A stretch of DNA of 63,737 nt, counting the filler, from Reclinomonas americana ATCC 50394 (lineage: Eukaryota), in assembly GCA_048213135.1 (NCBI GenBank). It is 17 parts of 17 records of this genome, joined end to end, with 100 filler letters (N's around TTAATTAATTAA, not from the genome) between each part and the next. Parts side by side here need not be neighbours in the genome. Positions count along the whole stretch, not along the records: positions 57,633 to 60,736 come from AFZH01022089.1; positions 60,837 to 63,737 come from AFZH01022093.1; 15 more parts are not named here. One strand, 5' to 3'. Made by a program: the position numbers and the translations under genes. Below, in pieces: positions 59,870-63,737 of the stretch. Each line of letters starts with the position of its first letter. The first letter of the stretch is position 1. The notes below the pieces were generated by a model. That model was not told the DNA's origin, did no database searches, and saw only the letters and a list, made by a program, of their open reading frames with translations.

Positions 59870-60210
59870 TGGAACCAGACATTGTAGCTGTGACTCGAGC
59901 AGGCGACGAAGGTACTGATTGTGGAGCACACCGTGGCGTACCCGAAGGACGAAGAGGCGACGCAGAAGGCGTACGACCGCAAGTTGGCGAAGAATGCCGA
60001 GCTGGTGGAGAAGATCGGAATGCACACTGGAGCGGTGGTTACGTACGTGCCGATTGTTTTCACTCAAGTTGGATCGTGCGCGCAGACTACCCGGGCGTCG
60101 CTGAAGAAGATGGGCATTGAGAGCGGCCAACTGCGCCGAGTGGTGGACAGGTGCTGCGCGCGCGTGGAGATCCTGCGGGCGGACTATGCGATGTTCGCTT
60201 TCCGCTGTGC
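59870..60210 (+). mobile_element. Degenerate restriction-like endonuclease (RLE) domain of a non-LTR retrotransposon
   Basis: PDIV...[frameshift] VLIVEHTV...AYDRKLAKN.ELV...VTYVPIV...G....T...LKKMGI matches the PD..(D/E)...RK..KY...PIV..G pattern. There is an upstream stop and no RT is visible. Confidence 0.7.
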
Positions 60211-61232
60211 TGGTGGAAAACAGGCTCAAAACCAGAACCAAGCAAACAATCTCCCACTCAGGGCAACTAGAACCATAGCGTCGCTACTGCAGCACCCAGC
60301 TTCAACGAGTTCAGCGTCTACGTTGCAATTGGCCGCTGACACCATTTGCGCCACGAAATCCTCTCGAGGCCAACAGGCGTTTTTGGCTTTGTCTCCCGAA
60401 TGGGAACATGAATGTTGGAGAACAGCAATTATGTTTTGTATATTGTCATGGTTCTAGAACGTCGACTTCAAGCATTGCGACGTCTCCTTGAAGAAATCGA
60501 AAACACGCATCCTGCACCCTCTCCCCACGCCCCAGACGCCCCAGACGCATTATCTAACGCCTGTCCACCTCTCGATATCTCGCCTTCCGTCCTGCACGCG
60601 CAACTTTACCGGCAGGACACGCTGAGACAACAAGTCTTGCAGGATTCGTCGCAAAGAAGATGAGGTGTGCACCCACTCTCACTCTCTCGCCACTACACTC
60701 TGTCTCACACACTCTCTCCCCTTTCTCTCCTCCTGTNNNNNNNNNNNNNNNNNNNNNNNNNNNNNNNNNNNNNNNNNNNNTTAATTAATTAANNNNNNNN
60801 NNNNNNNNNNNNNNNNNNNNNNNNNNNNNNNNNNNNGGGGGGGGGGGGGAAGGGTCAACAAAAGGCAAGAGGATTCGCAAGCTCTCACGCAAAAATCAAG
60901 ACTCTGTCCTCTCGCGGCACCACGAGAGGAAAAGGCATATCGTTTCTCTCTCGCATGTGACATCCACAAGCACAGAAGAAAAACAGGAAGCTGAAAAGAG
61001 GAGATCTTTGATCGACATCCTTGCCCCCTTCCCCCCTTCTCTCTCTCTCTCTCTCTGCCTGTCTGTCTTTCTCTGTCTCTCTCCTCTCTCTCTATTTCAC
61101 CTACTCGCATATGTGAGTGTGCGTCAGGCACACAAGAAAGACAGAAAGCTGAAAAGAGGAGATCTTTGATCGACATCCTTGGCGCGCTCTCTCTCTCTCT
61201 CTCGCCACCCCCTCTCTCCCCCATTACGCAAC

Positions 61233-63637
61233 ATGAATTCCTCTCCTGACAAAACCCGAGGAACTTGTTCCACGTCTCGTCTCCTCTCAGTGCCTGCTGG
61301 CAGCCGACCACCCACACGCAGAGTCGCGCACGAGTGAGCATCACATTCAGTCGCCGGTGATCGCGGAGGAAGTCCATGGTGCCTGCGTTGAGGCCAGTGT
61401 GAGAAAGGGGAAGCGATTACTTCAGCTCAATTTCGACGCACCTCCCGTGCGCACACACGAGACGATAATAATGTCTTTCTCACGACCTTGGAATCCATCC
61501 TGTGTGGTGCACAATAAGTAATCGAGTGACGACGGAACGCACTTTTTTCGTCATCGCACACGCAACAACAGTGTTGATATCCAGATCGCTTCGGCGCTGC
61601 GAGTTGCGGCGCAGACGATCACGCAACGCGCCGACTTGTGCACGGTACGGAGTGATGACGCCGACTGACACGTTGGCAAGATTGGGGTCCACGTCACGGA
61701 GATTCTCCAGCAGCCTCACCAGCTGATCCACGAAATCGACTTCTCGGTCATTGCGCAGAGAATGCAGATCTGGAGAGGGATTTGTGAGGAGCAGCACAAC
61801 TGCATAGAAAATGAATACGGAGGCGACAATCACCAGATCCGGCTCGCCCGTACTCGTGCCGCGTGCCCGCGAGGTCGTAAAACACCACTGGACCACAGTA
61901 CCGCGACTCGTACAACGAACTGCAGGTGACAATGAATGAGCTCTCCTTGCGCAACAAAAAGCGCACAAACACACGAGAGTGCAAACCATCGAAGGTTCTG
62001 CGCCTCGATGCTGTCCTCGAGCAGATGATCGTATGTCAACTCGTTGGCCAGCGCACAAATGGTGGGATGCATGCGGTATTGAGTGCGAAGCATGCTCCGT
62101 GTCACGGCTACACGAGGAGGATTGCAGAGCGTGAGACGAGATCACAGAGAGAGAGAGAAGATGGACGAGAGGTGACGCAACTATTGGACGGCGTGCGACA
62201 CCTCAGCAATCGCTCCATCAACGAGCGAGCATACGGAATCTCTTCGCCGCTGTACTGAGCGAGAATGGTGGCCGGCAACTGCTTCGGATCACCGACCTGT
62301 GGAGACACCATGTCAGCAAACCGCTCTCACCGCTGCGCATGACAGTTGGAATACAAGAAGCACCAGAATGCACTTGGAGCACCCGTAGCGGAGCGGGATA
62401 AGTGCAGAAGGCTCCACGCATTGCGCGGCCTCATCGATAACCACAGTCGGGAAGCGCTGCGCATCGCCGCACCTGCACACATCCATTGTCAACAAACAAG
62501 ACAGGCATCTCCGTCGAAACCGTGTCTCTCATGCGACGCAACATGTTGCGCAGCATGGCACTGGCGCTGAGTGTGCACACCACAATGTCGGCTCGTGCAA
62601 CAATCCTCTGTCGAAGGTGCTCCCGCTCGGCCATTGGACGCATCGACTTGGACTGTTACGCAAGTGAGGGGAGTCATGAATGGAAACTTAGTCAGCAAAT
62701 AGGAACGCACATCCTTGGAGCCATTTTGCAACTCTGCAACAACGCCACCGTAAACACGCTGGCAAATGATCGAGAAAGAGGGACACGGAACAACAAACCC
62801 AGTTCGACTTTCTTGTCAATGTGACAACTCTGGACAATCTCCTCTTCTTCGGCGCTCCGAGTGCCCGTCCGTCGTCCACCGCTTCCCACGCGGACCATGC
62901 TGCGATGATGTACACCATAGTCAGCGACCACTCGTGTTCCTCATTCTTCTTCTCTCACGAACCTAAAGTTACCCGGCAACTGTGGGGTCGGCCGTGCAGC
63001 AATGTCGACAAACAGGCGGTGCATGCGAATAAGCAATTCCTCCGCCGCCACATTGGAGGGCGCACATAGCAGGATCGGCGGGTGCTGGCGATCGCGCTGC
63101 TCCATTCTCGCCAATGCTGTGAAAGGAGCAGAGACACGGAGAGGGGAAAGAGAGGGGAAAGAGAGGGGAAAGAGAGGGGAAAAGGAGGGAAAGAGGGGTG
63201 TGTGAGCATCGAGCTTGCAAACAGGGTGCTTAAGGGGTCTCACCTCGCTCCGACAGCAACGCCTCCATGATACCAATCACAGTGCGCGTCTTGCCGGTTC
63301 CCGGTGGGCCTTCCACCAACACGATTCTGCACAGCGAGGGATGGTTACGAAGGCAAGGCATATGTGGAAGAACCAACTTCAGGGCGGTACGCACCCACGT
63401 CGGCAAGCCACAACCTCCGAAATCGCTTGCAGCTGATACTTGTTCAAGTCGTTCTTCAGCGGCCGCCACTTGCTCGCCGCTCGATAGGAGGGCAGTGTCG
63501 ACGTTCCGTCCGACGACACAGCCGGGTTGAGAATGCTCTTGAACACCTTGCACTCCAGCATGTGCTCTCTCAGCAGCAGGACGCTCTCGTACTCGCGGCG
63601 CACGGACGTGAGACTGCAGAGTCGTTGGACACTGCAA
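61233..63637 (-). CDS. Superfamily 1B helicase, Sen1/senataxin/Upf1-like (multi-exon, truncated at both ends)
   Basis: LNKYQLQAI, LVEGPPGTGKT, ILLCAPSNVA, VVIDEAAQ, IL|VGDPKQLPAT, LRTQYRMHP, GVITPYRAQV, NTV|DGFQGREKD and RRLNVMLTRAR. Confidence 0.93.
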
Positions 63638-63737
63638 GGTGGGGGAAGGAGGTAAGAGGTAAGAGGAAAGAGGGGAAAGAGGGGACAGAGGGGGAAGAGA
63701 GGGGAAGGGAGTGGAAGAGAGGGGAAGGGAGGGGAAG

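Noticed and set aside
29838..63637. Alternative genetic code or non-GT-AG introns in the eukaryote
   Set aside because: The exons I reconstructed join with GT-AG in the standard code and end at TAA, TAG or TGA. A G|TTGCG cut with a shifted acceptor is less parsimonious, though only cDNA can exclude it.
1..63737. CRISPR arrays, rRNA, tRNA, phage or defence systems
   Set aside because: None were recognisable by eye; small ncRNAs could have been missed without covariance searches.

Overview
This window is not one continuous locus. It is 17 contigs joined by 16 identical artificial 100-nt spacers (44 N + TTAATTAATTAA + 44 N), and two genomes are mixed. (1) Positions 1-11308 and 27718-63737 come from an intron-rich, microsatellite-rich microbial eukaryote using the standard code. 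Its genes include an EF-hand exon, an AlkB-type dioxygenase, a ~2,300-aa FN3-repeat type-I membrane protein, a PAN/apple exon, a Munc13-like C2+MUN protein, a LamG + 2x ubiquitin-like + TKL kinase, an intronless 2OG-Fe(II) oxygenase, an importin-beta family protein, a KOW exon, a PhyH dioxygenase, RtcA, a decayed non-LTR retroelement endonuclease and a Sen1/Upf1-like helicase. (2) Positions 11409-27617 are GC-rich, intron-free, operonic alphaproteobacterial-type contigs: dppBC-like, TRAP dctQM, IclR-CoA transferase-enoyl-CoA hydratase, oxc-GntR-tctA-tctC, acyl-CoA synthetase, RibD-C/HxlR and TetR. The most striking signal is in the eukaryote's splicing. About 20 reconstructed introns start GTTGCG(T), always after an exon ending in A/C/T, whereas exons ending in G use GTGCGT-type donors. 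This suggests routine use of +1 shifted-register 5' splice sites. All gene models and family calls are by-eye motif recognition; no searches were run.
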